Positions 1 to 7,668 of a stretch of DNA of 64,000 nt are shown in pieces (within the stretch, counting starts at the first letter, position 1; each line of letters opens with the position of its first letter). The translations under genes were made by a program, and so were the position numbers. Source of the DNA: a virus. Lineage: Duplodnaviria; Caudoviricetes. A model generated the notes under the pieces. It did not search any database, was not told the DNA's origin, and worked only from the letters and a program-made list of their open reading frames with translations. The stretch spans positions 130 to 64,129 of the IMG/VR virus record IMGVR_UViG_3300044541_000019. One strand, 5' to 3'.

Positions 1-177
1 GGGTGTCTGGCCCGTGGCAGCATCCATGAATTTGGACCGGTCAAACCGGTCATTGAACGGGGCCACAGCGACCGCTACAGCGCGCGCTACGGTGGCACGC
101 TCCTCTGGCCCCAGGTCGACCGAAGCGATAGCATCGGCGAGCGCTCTGAAATGCTGACGGGTAAGACTGTTACTCAT
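1..177 (-). CDS. hypothetical phage protein, 3' end truncated by window edge (MSNSLTRQHFRALADAIAS...FNDRFDRSKFMDAA)
   Basis: Manually translated; ATG at 177 with GAGGAG RBS; open to position 1. Confidence 0.7.
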   Translation of the reverse strand, partial: MSNSLTRQHFRALADAIASVDLGPEERATVARAVAVAVAPFNDRFDRSKFMDAATGQTP

Positions 178-206
178 GGTGCGGGCTCCTCTCGGGAAAC
201 ACGTCT

Positions 207-234
207 ACCCCCTACCGGGATCCCGGTAGGGGGT
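207..234. repeat. perfect 28-bp palindrome ACCCCCTACCGGGATCCCGGTAGGGGGT
   Basis: Read directly; lies in the leader of the 1..177 gene. Confidence 0.9.
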
Positions 235-279
235 CGCGTCGACAGCAGGCAGCGACTACGGCGTCCCTGCTGCCTCGTG

Positions 280-307
280 CCCTGGGCGCGCTTGATAGCG
301 CCCAGGG
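280..307. promoter_or_regulatory. hairpin with 10-bp stem and GCTTGATA loop (copy 1)
   Basis: CCCTGGGCGC-GCTTGATA-GCGCCCAGGG; same loop at 2292 and 2578. Confidence 0.75.
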
Positions 308-313
308 CGGCAC

Positions 314-508
314 CTAGGCCTGATACCTGGCCATGGTGCGGGTAAAACGGGTACGGGCGCGTCGGAACGCTGTCCGCTGAAACGCTGGCCAGTAAGCATC
401 CATGCCGGCATCGTGTAACAGCTGCCAGGCTTGGTGCGGCTTACCAGCCTGCCAGGCCGCTACTGCGCGCCGTAGCACGCGGTAGCGGCCTGAACGAGAC
501 ATGGTCAC
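314..508 (-). CDS. hypothetical protein, 64 aa
   Basis: ORF track; tightly coupled to neighbouring minus-strand genes. Confidence 0.6.
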   Translation of the reverse strand: MTMSRSGRYRVLRRAVAAWQAGKPHQAWQLLHDAGMDAYWPAFQRTAFRRARTRFTRTMARYQA

Positions 509-795
509 TGACTCACCACGGTGAGAGGCCCGTCGGACGGTACCGGTATCAGGTACTCACCTAGGGTGTCTTCAAGGTCACGGCGCAGGATCGCCGCGCG
601 GGTGCGTTGCTCGGGTGTCAGGCCCAGCTGTAACGGTGCGAGGTCAAGGAACCCCAGTACGGCCCGCACCGATCGGTCTAGGCTCTCTGCGTACCTGCGT
701 CGCTGGCGTGCCTGTAGCCGCGTCGTGGTAACCGCAACCCAGGCAACGTAAGCGACAATCACGGCAATGAATAGGTAACCCAGCACGGTCATCAT
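505..795 (-). CDS. membrane-anchored hypothetical protein (start trimmed to MMTVLGYLF)
   Basis: N-terminal hydrophobic helix; 4-bp overlaps with neighbours. Confidence 0.65.
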   Translation of the reverse strand: MMTVLGYLFIAVIVAYVAWVAVTTTRLQARQRRRYAESLDRSVRAVLGFLDLAPLQLGLTPEQRTRAAILRRDLEDTLGEYLIPVPSDGPLTVVSQ

Positions 796-986
796 CGCTG
801 GCACCCGCCAACGCGCATACCGTCCGTGAGTCCGTCGGCATAGCCCAGCTGGTAACCGTCCACATTGGACGATACCCGCTTGATCATGTCGACGTGCCCA
901 GCTGTCCCGATGGCCAGGGCCAGGATGACTGCCAGGCACGCGGTGAAGACTGCCGGGCCGATGTATCCGGCCATTTTCTTGATCAT
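792..986 (-). CDS. small membrane protein, 64 aa
   Basis: GTAGGGAGA RBS; one TM segment; GYADG motif. Confidence 0.65.
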   Translation of the reverse strand: MIKKMAGYIGPAVFTACLAVILALAIGTAGHVDMIKRVSSNVDGYQLGYADGLTDGMRVGGCQR

Positions 987-1063
987 GATTCTCCCTACTA
1001 ACCGTCCAAAGTGGACAGTCGTGCCCTGGGGACCGGACTGTGAGGGTACCCAGGGACCCTATG

Positions 1064-1360
1064 TCATGCGTCGATACTCACCTGCTCTCTGTCCTCGCTC
1101 ACGGTTACCTGCTTGCTCGGCAACCGTGCGGCTACCTGCCACCGTGTCCAGCGTCCGGCGTGGACAGTGGAGCGTCCTACGTGGCGCGTGACGCGGCGTA
1201 CCGCGTGCGGTGTGGCCACGAACAACGCGAGGATGATCGCGACCAATGCCCGGATTAGCCGACGGTGCGGCCTCTCCTCCGGTGGACGTTGGCTGTAGAT
1301 CAGCAGGTAGGTGATGTGAACAACTCCGGCGTTACTCGCCACGATCAGTATTTCAATCAT
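1064..1360 (-). CDS. membrane protein, 98 aa
   Basis: Two hydrophobic stretches; same strand as cluster. Confidence 0.5.
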   Translation of the reverse strand: MIEILIVASNAGVVHITYLLIYSQRPPEERPHRRLIRALVAIILALFVATPHAVRRVTRHVGRSTVHAGRWTRWQVAARLPSKQVTVSEDREQVSIDA

Positions 1361-1479
1361 GGGTTGCGGGTGTCCTCTCCAATCGGTTGTGCCCGTTACT
1401 CATCCGCCGACGCGGCGAGTAGACACGCTCCCGGGTCAGGCCCAGCTATGGGACCCGGGAGCGATCCACAAGCGACGTA

Positions 1480-1869
1480 CTAGGCCGCTAGCGCCGCGCG
1501 CCAGCCTGCCGTCAGACCCTCCGGTGACCATGTGGGATCACCGTCGTCTGCCGCAGACCAATTGGCCATGAACCCGTGATTTCGAGTCCAGTCGCGACGC
1601 TCGCTGTAGCTGTCGTCATCACCAACCGCGCGGTTGAGTCCGGCACCGTACGGCGTGCCAAACTCAGTCACTTTCACGGCGTCGTCGTACCAGCCTTGCC
1701 CCTTGCTCACCTGGGCTAGGACGCAGCTGTAAGGGTCGTCGATGTCGAACGCATCGGGTGACAGGTCGACCTGCGCGCGCCATCCTGGCGCCTCACGGTT
1801 CAACCACTCGACACCCAGGGCAACTGCCTCGGTGCCGTTGGCGGGCTGTACCGCCGTTGTCTCATCCAT
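1480..1869 (-). CDS. hypothetical protein, 129 aa
   Basis: GTAGGGAGA RBS; globular composition (W..QVDL..FDI.D...CVLAQV). Confidence 0.75.
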   Translation of the reverse strand: MDETTAVQPANGTEAVALGVEWLNREAPGWRAQVDLSPDAFDIDDPYSCVLAQVSKGQGWYDDAVKVTEFGTPYGAGLNRAVGDDDSYSERRDWTRNHGFMANWSAADDGDPTWSPEGLTAGWRAALAA

Positions 1870-1953
1870 GAATCTCCCTACTTGTCCGTCCGTCGGACAT
1901 GCGGCAGGCCGCGCCCCAGCGTGCGGAGCGCGGCCTACCTGATGAGCGACGGA

Positions 1954-2226
1954 CTACAGGACGTCGTACCCGTAGTTGTCGTTCGCGTCGTCGTCGTCGT
2001 CGTCGTCGTCGTTGGCCAACTCGATCATCTCGACCAGCTCGACTTCAGCGGCACCTTCGGCCAGCTCATCGGCGACAGTGTCACCCTGGGCGGTCGCGAG
2101 GGTCTCCGCGAATTCGACCACGGACTCGACTGACGGGAAGTTCTCTCCGTCGTAGCCCATGATTTCCGCGACATTCTCGCGGTCGACGTCGGTCAGGTTC
2201 TCAACGTCGGTCCGAGTGTCGTACAT
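1954..2226 (-). CDS. highly acidic small protein (90 aa, about one third D/E, poly-Asp tail); DNA-mimic candidate
   Basis: GTAGGGAGA RBS before ATG 2226; 30 D/E, 2 R, no K by manual count. Confidence 0.75.
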   Translation of the reverse strand: MYDTRTDVENLTDVDRENVAEIMGYDGENFPSVESVVEFAETLATAQGDTVADELAEGAAEVELVEMIELANDDDDDDDDANDNYGYDVL

Positions 2227-2252
2227 GATGTTTCTCCCTACTACCCGGGCCA

Positions 2253-2268
2253 TGTTTCACGTGAAACA
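2253..2268. promoter_or_regulatory. parS: parS site (TGTTTCACGTGAAACA), copy 1
   Basis: Perfect match to the canonical actinobacterial/Bacillus parS consensus; 20-bp palindrome 2251-2270. Confidence 0.9.
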
Positions 2269-2280
2269 TGTAACCCTCGC

Positions 2281-2310
2281 GTCCGGCTGACGCTTGATAG
2301 TCAGCCGGAC
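2281..2310. promoter_or_regulatory. hairpin with GCTTGATA loop (copy 2)
   Basis: GTCCGGCTGAC-GCTTGATA-GTCAGCCGGAC. Confidence 0.75.
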
Positions 2311-2332
2311 CGGTCCACAAGGGACCATGGTG

Positions 2333-2512
2333 TTACTCGGCGTGCGTGCCAGTGATCACATCGGCACCTTCGGCGAGAGACTCGGAGAGCGTCTCGCCCT
2401 CCACATCCGCGATCATCTCCGCGAATTCGAGTACCTCGCTGGGGTCGGTACCGGTCGCAGCTGCGATAGCCTGCTCGTTCTTGACGTCAGCAGCACTCAG
2501 AGGCTCAGACAT
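2333..2512 (-). CDS. acidic 59-aa protein, paralog of 1954..2226 (not in ORF track)
   Basis: Manual translation MSEPLSAADVKNEQAIAAATGTDPSEVLEFAEMIADVEGETLSESLAEGADVITGTHAE; AAGGGAGA RBS. Confidence 0.7.
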   Translation of the reverse strand: MSEPLSAADVKNEQAIAAATGTDPSEVLEFAEMIADVEGETLSESLAEGADVITGTHAE

Positions 2513-2538
2513 GGTGTATCTCCCTTACTGCCGGGCCA

Positions 2539-2554
2539 TGTTTCACGTGAAACA
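2539..2554. promoter_or_regulatory. parS: parS site, copy 2
   Basis: TGTTTCACGTGAAACA; 20-bp palindrome 2537-2556 within a ~40-bp direct repeat of the copy 1 context. Confidence 0.9.
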
Positions 2555-2566
2555 TGTAACCCTCGC

Positions 2567-2596
2567 GTCCGATCGGCGCTTGATAGCCGACCGGAC
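2567..2596. promoter_or_regulatory. hairpin with GCTTGATA loop (copy 3)
   Basis: GTCCGATCGGC-GCTTGATA-GCCGACCGGAC, one mismatch in stem. Confidence 0.7.
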
Positions 2597-2602
2597 CGAC
2601 GG

Positions 2603-3013
2603 CTAAATGCCGTCAGGTATCACGGTTTCCGCAAACGGCGTATCCACAAGGGACATGTCGTCATTGACCTTACGGTCACAGGTGAACACGCCAGCGTCAC
2701 GGCCCATGCCCGTTGTCAAGCTGGTGAGCTCACACGTGGCCTTGAAATGCTCGGCGAACCCCGCGAGTTTCGCGGTCGCATCCATGACGTCGGGGGCCTC
2801 CCCGTACGCCACGGTGCCGTCCCCCGTGAGCAGCCACACACCCACGCCCCAGCGGAACATGTCCGCCGAGACATTGATGCCGTGGTCTTCGTCGAACCCG
2901 TGAACGGGACATGGCACGTCGTAGGCCAGGTGGTAACTCTCGTCCGGCTCGAACGATCGGAAGATCTCCACCAAATTGCCCCCGGCCAACGCTGCGCGAA
3001 TTGCTTGATCCAT
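2603..3013 (-). CDS. hypothetical protein, 136 aa (start trimmed to MDQAIR)
   Basis: GTAGGGAGA RBS before ATG 3013. Confidence 0.7.
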   Translation of the reverse strand: MDQAIRAALAGGNLVEIFRSFEPDESYHLAYDVPCPVHGFDEDHGINVSADMFRWGVGVWLLTGDGTVAYGEAPDVMDATAKLAGFAEHFKATCELTSLTTGMGRDAGVFTCDRKVNDDMSLVDTPFAETVIPDGI

Positions 3014-3075
3014 GCCGTCTCTCCCTACGGTCGCGCGTCGCTCCCTTGTGGAGCGGCACCCGTGGCGTGCCAGCA

Positions 3076-3091
3076 TGTTTCACGTGAAACA
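3076..3091. promoter_or_regulatory. parS: parS site, copy 3
   Basis: TGTTTCACGTGAAACA inside a 30-bp palindrome 3069-3098. Confidence 0.9.
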
Positions 3092-3113
3092 TGCTGGCCA
3101 CCATGGTCAACCG

Positions 3114-3353
3114 TCAGGCAGCTGCCTTGATCCCCCAAGCGGCAGGCCGTAGCGCGATGATCGGGGGGAAGATGCTGCCCGTAGCCTGTTCGGTGATCCG
3201 CGCCAGCGTCGTGTACCGCGCTACCAGCGCGGAATCATGCTTGTCAGCTGACAGGCCGCGCTTGACGTCCTGGTCAATGCGACGCTGCGCGCAGGCCGCA
3301 CGCTCACGGTAGAGCCGCGCGGTCGCGGTGCGTAGATCCTCGTACTCAAACAT
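3114..3353 (-). CDS. hypothetical protein, 79 aa (MFEYEDL...)
   Basis: AAGGGAGA RBS before ATG 3353. Confidence 0.65.
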   Translation of the reverse strand: MFEYEDLRTATARLYRERAACAQRRIDQDVKRGLSADKHDSALVARYTTLARITEQATGSIFPPIIALRPAAWGIKAAA

Positions 3354-3589
3354 GGTCTCTCCCTTGGTTAGGGCAGCTGCCAGGCTGGGCACCTGCTCTC
3401 CGCACGGTGGAGGAGCGCGGGCCGTGATGCTTAGCCTTCGTCGCTCCCCCGCCATGCTTGCGGGGAGAAGTCTCTATGTGTGTCGATCACTATGGAGGGT
3501 TACCGCAGGCTGCGCGGCTCAATGGTGCCAAGTCCCGATCGGTGGCAACGTGCGTCACGCTCCGTTGCCGTACCGGCCGAACAACCACA

Positions 3590-3618
3590 ACACTACCCCA
3601 GGGGGGGGGAGGTGCCAA
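3590..3618 (-). promoter_or_regulatory. sigma70/HrdB-type promoter TTGGCA-17-TAGTGT with C-rich spacer ending TGGGG
   Basis: Read directly; spacer resembles those of other promoters in the window. Confidence 0.6.
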
Positions 3619-3655
3619 ATGATCAGGGAAAAAAGTCTCTGACCTGGGGAAACGT

Positions 3656-3775
3656 TCAGCTGCCCCCGCCGTAGAAGAATGACCATGGGTCCAGCCCAGC
3701 GGCCACCGTGACCAGGCCGACGAGAATCGTTGTGCTGATCATCGCGCGGATAAACATACGGTGCCATTCACTCAT
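3656..3775 (-). CDS. 39-aa membrane peptide (MSEWHRMFIRAMISTTILVGLVTVAAGLDPWSFFYGGGS)
   Basis: Manual translation; GAGGAG RBS. Confidence 0.55.
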   Translation of the reverse strand: MSEWHRMFIRAMISTTILVGLVTVAAGLDPWSFFYGGGS

Positions 3776-3833
3776 GGTGTGCTCCTCGCTCGATGTCGGC
3801 CCCAGCTGGGCCGACACTCACGGCGTGCTGGCA

Positions 3834-3849
3834 TGTTTCACGTGAAACA
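3834..3849. promoter_or_regulatory. parS: parS site, copy 4
   Basis: TGTTTCACGTGAAACA inside a 30-bp palindrome 3827-3856. Confidence 0.9.
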
Positions 3850-3865
3850 TGCCAGCCACCGTGAT

Positions 3866-4090
3866 TCACCAGGTGCCTAGCTCCTCGCTGACGATTGCCA
3901 TTGCCCCTTCAGCTGAGAGCGCGGCGCGCATGGTTAGCAGGTTGACCGCAGTGGAAGCGATCACCTCCAACGGGATACCCGATTGTGCGGCTATCCGTCG
4001 ACCCATGATCTCCATATCCTCGCTGTCACGTAGCCGGTAGATCTCCGCTTGGATGGCGGCTACCTGCCAGGGGGTCAGGTCAAGATCCAT
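3866..4090 (-). CDS. hypothetical protein, 74 aa
   Basis: AAGGGAGA RBS; TAAGAT -10 element at 4134-4139 upstream. Confidence 0.7.
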   Translation of the reverse strand: MDLDLTPWQVAAIQAEIYRLRDSEDMEIMGRRIAAQSGIPLEVIASTAVNLLTMRAALSAEGAMAIVSEELGTW

Positions 4091-4223
4091 GGTGTCTCCC
4101 TTGCTCCCGTGGCCGGGATATCCGGCCGTGTGAATCTTACCACCCCCCCTCCCTGGGGAATAGGGGGGAGGGGGGGAGCGTTGGACTCTGACGGATCATT
4201 CTGTCTAACGAAAGGAACAAATC

Positions 4224-4316
4224 GTGACAACATCTGAATTGGTGGCAATCGTGGCCGGAATCCTGGCCTTAGTCGCCTGGGTGCGCATCCTGGTCTACGC
4301 GGGTAGGCACCGGTGA
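4224..4316 (+). CDS. 30-aa membrane peptide
   Basis: Manual translation from GTG with AAAGGA RBS; hydrophobic; stop overlaps next start. Confidence 0.45.
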   Translation: MTTSELVAIVAGILALVAWVRILVYAGRHR

Positions 4317-4774
4317 GCGCGCGCGTGTACGCCATTCAAGGCCGTAACGGTGGCTGGTTTGTGGAGCAACGCAGACCGGACGAAGGTAGCGGCACCTGGG
4401 GCCATCCCATCGGCCCCGTGGGGCCACGGTGGCTTGCCGTGGAAGTCTCCAACGCGCTGAACGACGCATACGAGGCTGGGAAGGCGGACGGGTCCAGCGA
4501 CACCGTGACCCGTCTGACTCGTGAGCCCAACGCCGTACCGTGGCATGACCGGCCTTCCCCGCCGTGCCCGGATTGCTCGCGTCCTGACCCGCACACGCAC
4601 GTGGCGTATCCGGGTAAGTACGTCACAGAGGACCGTGACCGTATCGCGGGTATCGCGTACGGTGCCGACCCAACCGACCCCAAACCCCCCCCCCCCCCCC
4701 AACGCCCCAGGTCCCCCGTCCCCGTACGGTCGACCTGGGGCGTTTCTGTGTGCCCTGGGGCAGCTGGACCGTAG
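4313..4774 (+). CDS. hypothetical protein, 153 aa, Pro-rich C-terminus running through the poly-C tract
   Basis: ORF track; N-terminal half looks globular; 3' end depends on homopolymer length. Confidence 0.5.
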   Translation: MSARVYAIQGRNGGWFVEQRRPDEGSGTWGHPIGPVGPRWLAVEVSNALNDAYEAGKADGSSDTVTRLTREPNAVPWHDRPSPPCPDCSRPDPHTHVAYPGKYVTEDRDRIAGIAYGADPTDPKPPPPPQRPRSPVPVRSTWGVSVCPGAAGP

Positions 4775-5000
4775 CCGCGTCTGGCCCCAGCTGGACCGGC
4801 ACCGTGCCCCCGGGCACCGTGCCCCAGCTGACCAGGCTGACCCTGGGGGAGGGGGGCCGAGCCTGCCTCAGGACACCATGATCATTGAGTCAAGATCCTT
4901 GATCTTGATAGATAGACCATGATCGAAGCAAGCGCTTGTTTGTGTTGACCTTTGTATCAAGATCAACGATCATGACTCCCCCCTCATCCCCTCATGATCC
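4685..5000. other. low-complexity junction: C16 run, short CAGCTG/GCACCGTGCCCC repeats, GATC-dense AT-richer patch; candidate genome end, pac site or origin
   Basis: Sequence composition; adjacent to terS-like gene. Confidence 0.4.
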
Positions 5001-5267
5001 AATGCCCCAGGGGATCTTGGCCCCAGGGGCACAACCCGGCAAACCGGACAAAGGGGCAGGCAACAGGCGAACCGGAAAAATCCAAGATCCAGTGGGTGCA
5101 TAGCCCCCTTCCTGATCCCTGGATGTCCCTGTTCCCATGGCTCCTCTTCGATGCCTGTATTGGTTAGCCTTGGCTCAGTACACTGGAACAGGTGTCCTGA
5201 TCCCTGCCCCATCCCCGAGTATCGACTGCATGTTGATATGCATCTTCCCTGCGAGTTCACTGTGGAC

Positions 5268-5591
5268 ATGCAGGAGCTTGAAGCAACTGAGTACGGCATC
5301 GGCGAGGAAGAAGTAGCCACCAGCGCCCCCATGGTGCGGGCTCTGCTCGTGCAGCGACTGGAGCAGATCTGGTCGGTGTGCTCCCCGCATGTGACGGGGG
5401 AGGTGAAGGCTGATCCTCGGTTCATTGAGGCCGGTATCCGGGTGTTGGACCGGCTGGCGAAGCTGTATCGCCTGGATTCCCCGCTCACCCCCAGCGGATC
5501 CAATGACATCGATCCCTCTGGGACAGCTTTGGCTGCGGCAGTGGATCAAGTCGCGGAGCTGGAGGCCCGGATGATGACAGACGGCGTCTAA
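5268..5591 (+). CDS. terminase small subunit-like protein
   Basis: RFIEAGIRVLDRLAKLYRLDSP resembles the 'R.AKLLGLDAP' motif of actinophage small terminases; start uncertain (ORF extends to 5151). Confidence 0.55.
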   Translation: MQELEATEYGIGEEEVATSAPMVRALLVQRLEQIWSVCSPHVTGEVKADPRFIEAGIRVLDRLAKLYRLDSPLTPSGSNDIDPSGTALAAAVDQVAELEARMMTDGV

Positions 5592-5890
5592 TCGCCGCAG
5601 GGGATCTCGGTGACCTCCAGCAGCGCACGCATGCGTCGCATGAAGGGCTGGTACCTGTGCAGGCTGCCCAGTTCCTCCGCGAGCTGTTCCAAGGTGACGC
5701 TGGTACCCGCCACCGCTTCGATCGCGGCACCTCTGACGTACTGAATCAGGGCTAGTTCGTCCTTCGGGCGCCACCCCTTCGCGTAACGCTGCCACCACGC
5801 TCTGTTGATGTAGCAAAGGCTGGGACGAAGGCGCCCAGCCAGCAGCTGAAGCAGTTCGGCGGTACGAGTGGCACGAGTGGCAGCTTCCAT
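5588..5890 (-). CDS. hypothetical protein, ~100 aa
   Basis: ORF track, start trimmed to MEAATR. Confidence 0.45.
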   Translation of the reverse strand: MEAATRATRTAELLQLLAGRLRPSLCYINRAWWQRYAKGWRPKDELALIQYVRGAAIEAVAGTSVTLEQLAEELGSLHRYQPFMRRMRALLEVTEIPCGD

Positions 5891-6033
5891 CTTAGGAATT
5901 TTACTAGAATTTTTCACATGCAACAGACAAAGTACCTGAACCACTTTGCCCAAATGAAGTGCCATAGCTGCCATAGCTGCCACTGAAGTTGTCTAAGCAA
6001 CGATTATGGTGTGGAGGGGAGGGAGGGGGTAGC

Positions 6034-6261
6034 ATGGAGGGTATGAGAATCGAGATTCCTGGGGATGTTCCCCAGGAGAAGCACGACCTCTGGTGCGCTG
6101 TCTTCCGCGCCGGCTACTCCGACATGCGACGGACGTCGTTCAGTGCCCCCAAGATCCGCGAGTCCGAAGCCCTGAAAGACCTGGTTCAACTGGTCCGTGA
6201 GACGTGGCCCGATGCCTACGACGCGGGGGCGTCCAAGGCCTGGAGCGAGGAACAGCAGTGA
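6034..6261 (+). CDS. hypothetical protein beginning MEGMRIEIPG (may start at ATG 6043, possibly leaderless)
   Basis: TAGCAT -10 at 6030; first 34 nt identical to the 63692..63997 gene start. Confidence 0.7.
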   Translation: MEGMRIEIPGDVPQEKHDLWCAVFRAGYSDMRRTSFSAPKIRESEALKDLVQLVRETWPDAYDAGASKAWSEEQQ

Positions 6262-6512
6262 GCTACATACCTGACTTCAGCTTGAACCCGGAGGACAACG
6301 TGTTCCGGGTCGCCCGCAAGTGGATGAAGTTGACTCAGCAACAAGTTGCCGACCGGGCCAGGATCTCCAAAGCCGCCATCAGCCAGTACGAGATGGGCCA
6401 GCACTACCCGTCCGAGCCAACGCTGGACCGGCTGTGCATGGTCCTCCGACTCGACTACGACGACTTAGTGAAGGAGTGCAGAACATGGAAGGACACATCC
6501 GCTACGAGGTGA
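6258..6512 (+). CDS. XRE-family helix-turn-helix regulator
   Basis: LTQQQVADRARISKAAISQYEMGQHYPSEPTLDRL. Confidence 0.9.
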   Translation: MSYIPDFSLNPEDNVFRVARKWMKLTQQQVADRARISKAAISQYEMGQHYPSEPTLDRLCMVLRLDYDDLVKECRTWKDTSATR

Positions 6513-6817
6513 TCAAGCTCAACTGGCTGATCTACATCGTGCAAAGAGTCAGCGCGGACGGCGACTACCGGGACACGCTGCACTGGTTCTTCACCCTGAA
6601 CCGGGCCGAGGCCTGCGCCAAGGGACTGGCCTTCCGCACCTGGTGCAATGACGGACCCATCATGGCGTCCTTTGTCGCCTACATCCCACTAAATCAGGCG
6701 GTGGAGGATGCCGGTCCCGAGTACGTGTGGCCGCAAGCAACGTCGCCTGATCGGATCACCGAGAAGTTCCCCATCGTCACCACCACGGAGGAGCAACATG
6801 ACCAACTACCCCACTGA
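6485..6817 (+). CDS. hypothetical protein, ~110 aa
   Basis: ORF track, start trimmed. Confidence 0.55.
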   Translation: MEGHIRYEVIKLNWLIYIVQRVSADGDYRDTLHWFFTLNRAEACAKGLAFRTWCNDGPIMASFVAYIPLNQAVEDAGPEYVWPQATSPDRITEKFPIVTTTEEQHDQLPH

Positions 6818-7172
6818 CCCGGCCGACATCCTGGAGGCTGCAGCAGATCTGTTGGAGTCCAAGGGTTGGAAGCAGGGAGAGTTCATGAACGCCATCGACC
6901 CCGATGATGCGACCAGGTTCTGTGCATTGGGAGCCATCAGGGTAGTGACCGGATACTCCATGGCGGCGAAGGAATACCGTCAGGCCGGGGACTACGCCAC
7001 GTATCGGGAAAGACACCGGCACTCAATGGAGGCGTGCTTGGCGCTCGCCGCCAAGGTTGGCCAGGACGTCCCCACCTGGAATGACAGACCGGGTCGCACC
7101 GCCGATCAGGTCATCGATGTCATGAAGCACGCCGCCAAGGATCTACGCAACAGGGCGGCTCTCCATGAGTGA
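6798..7172 (+). CDS. DUF6197-like protein, paralog 1
   Basis: LE.AADLL...GW.QG...CALGAI...WND..GRT..QVI motif; GGAGGAG RBS. Confidence 0.75.
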   Translation: MTNYPTDPADILEAAADLLESKGWKQGEFMNAIDPDDATRFCALGAIRVVTGYSMAAKEYRQAGDYATYRERHRHSMEACLALAAKVGQDVPTWNDRPGRTADQVIDVMKHAAKDLRNRAALHE

Positions 7173-7500
7173 GGAAGTAGCCGAGGTTCTGGAGAAGGCG
7201 GCCGACCTGATCGAGACTGTGGGTCACTGCAAGGGGAACTTCAGTGAGTCAGATGACCAGGGCAACAAACTAGCCTACTGCGCCCTTGGTGCGATCGCTG
7301 AGGCCGTGGATTCGATGGAGGCAAGCTACTCACTCAGGGAGCGGACCGAGGATGCGTTGGAGCGCTGGCTGTTCGGGAAGCTCTATTTGGGCCAGACAGG
7401 AAGAAGTATCCCCTTCTGGAATGACCATCGGCTCCGCAAACCAGAGCAGGTCGTGGACGCTCTGAAACAGACAGCCAAGGACATCAGGAACACTCACTGA
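7165..7500 (+). CDS. DUF6197-like protein, paralog 2
   Basis: LEKAADLI...CALGAI...WND...EQVVDAL. Confidence 0.75.
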   Translation: MSEEVAEVLEKAADLIETVGHCKGNFSESDDQGNKLAYCALGAIAEAVDSMEASYSLRERTEDALERWLFGKLYLGQTGRSIPFWNDHRLRKPEQVVDALKQTAKDIRNTH

Positions 7501-7515
7501 CATGCCACCGGACGG

Positions 7516-7549
7516 AACCCAGGATTTCCCCAGGGAGTCCTGGGTTTTT
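7516..7549 (+). terminator. intrinsic terminator
   Basis: AACCCAGGA...TCCTGGGTT followed by a T run. Confidence 0.7.
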
Positions 7550-7668
7550 GTCGTACTCAGGGTCGCCCATGATTCATACTTGATTGGCAGAGGGGGGGAG
7601 ATCTCCCTGGTAGACGAAGCCACTCTGACGAACTTGATGAGGAAACTATTGAAAGGTCAACAACTACC

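Noticed and set aside
1985-2011. (GTC)n microsatellite
   Set aside because: It encodes the poly-Asp run of the acidic protein on the minus strand
2294-3130. 278-aa plus-strand ORF spanning the parS region
   Set aside because: Crosses three minus-strand genes that have clear RBSs, plus two parS sites; no protein-like features
4685-4700. C16 homopolymer as a phase-variation switch for ORF 4313..4774
   Set aside because: Homopolymer length is error-prone and only the Pro-rich tail would change; cannot be supported without reads
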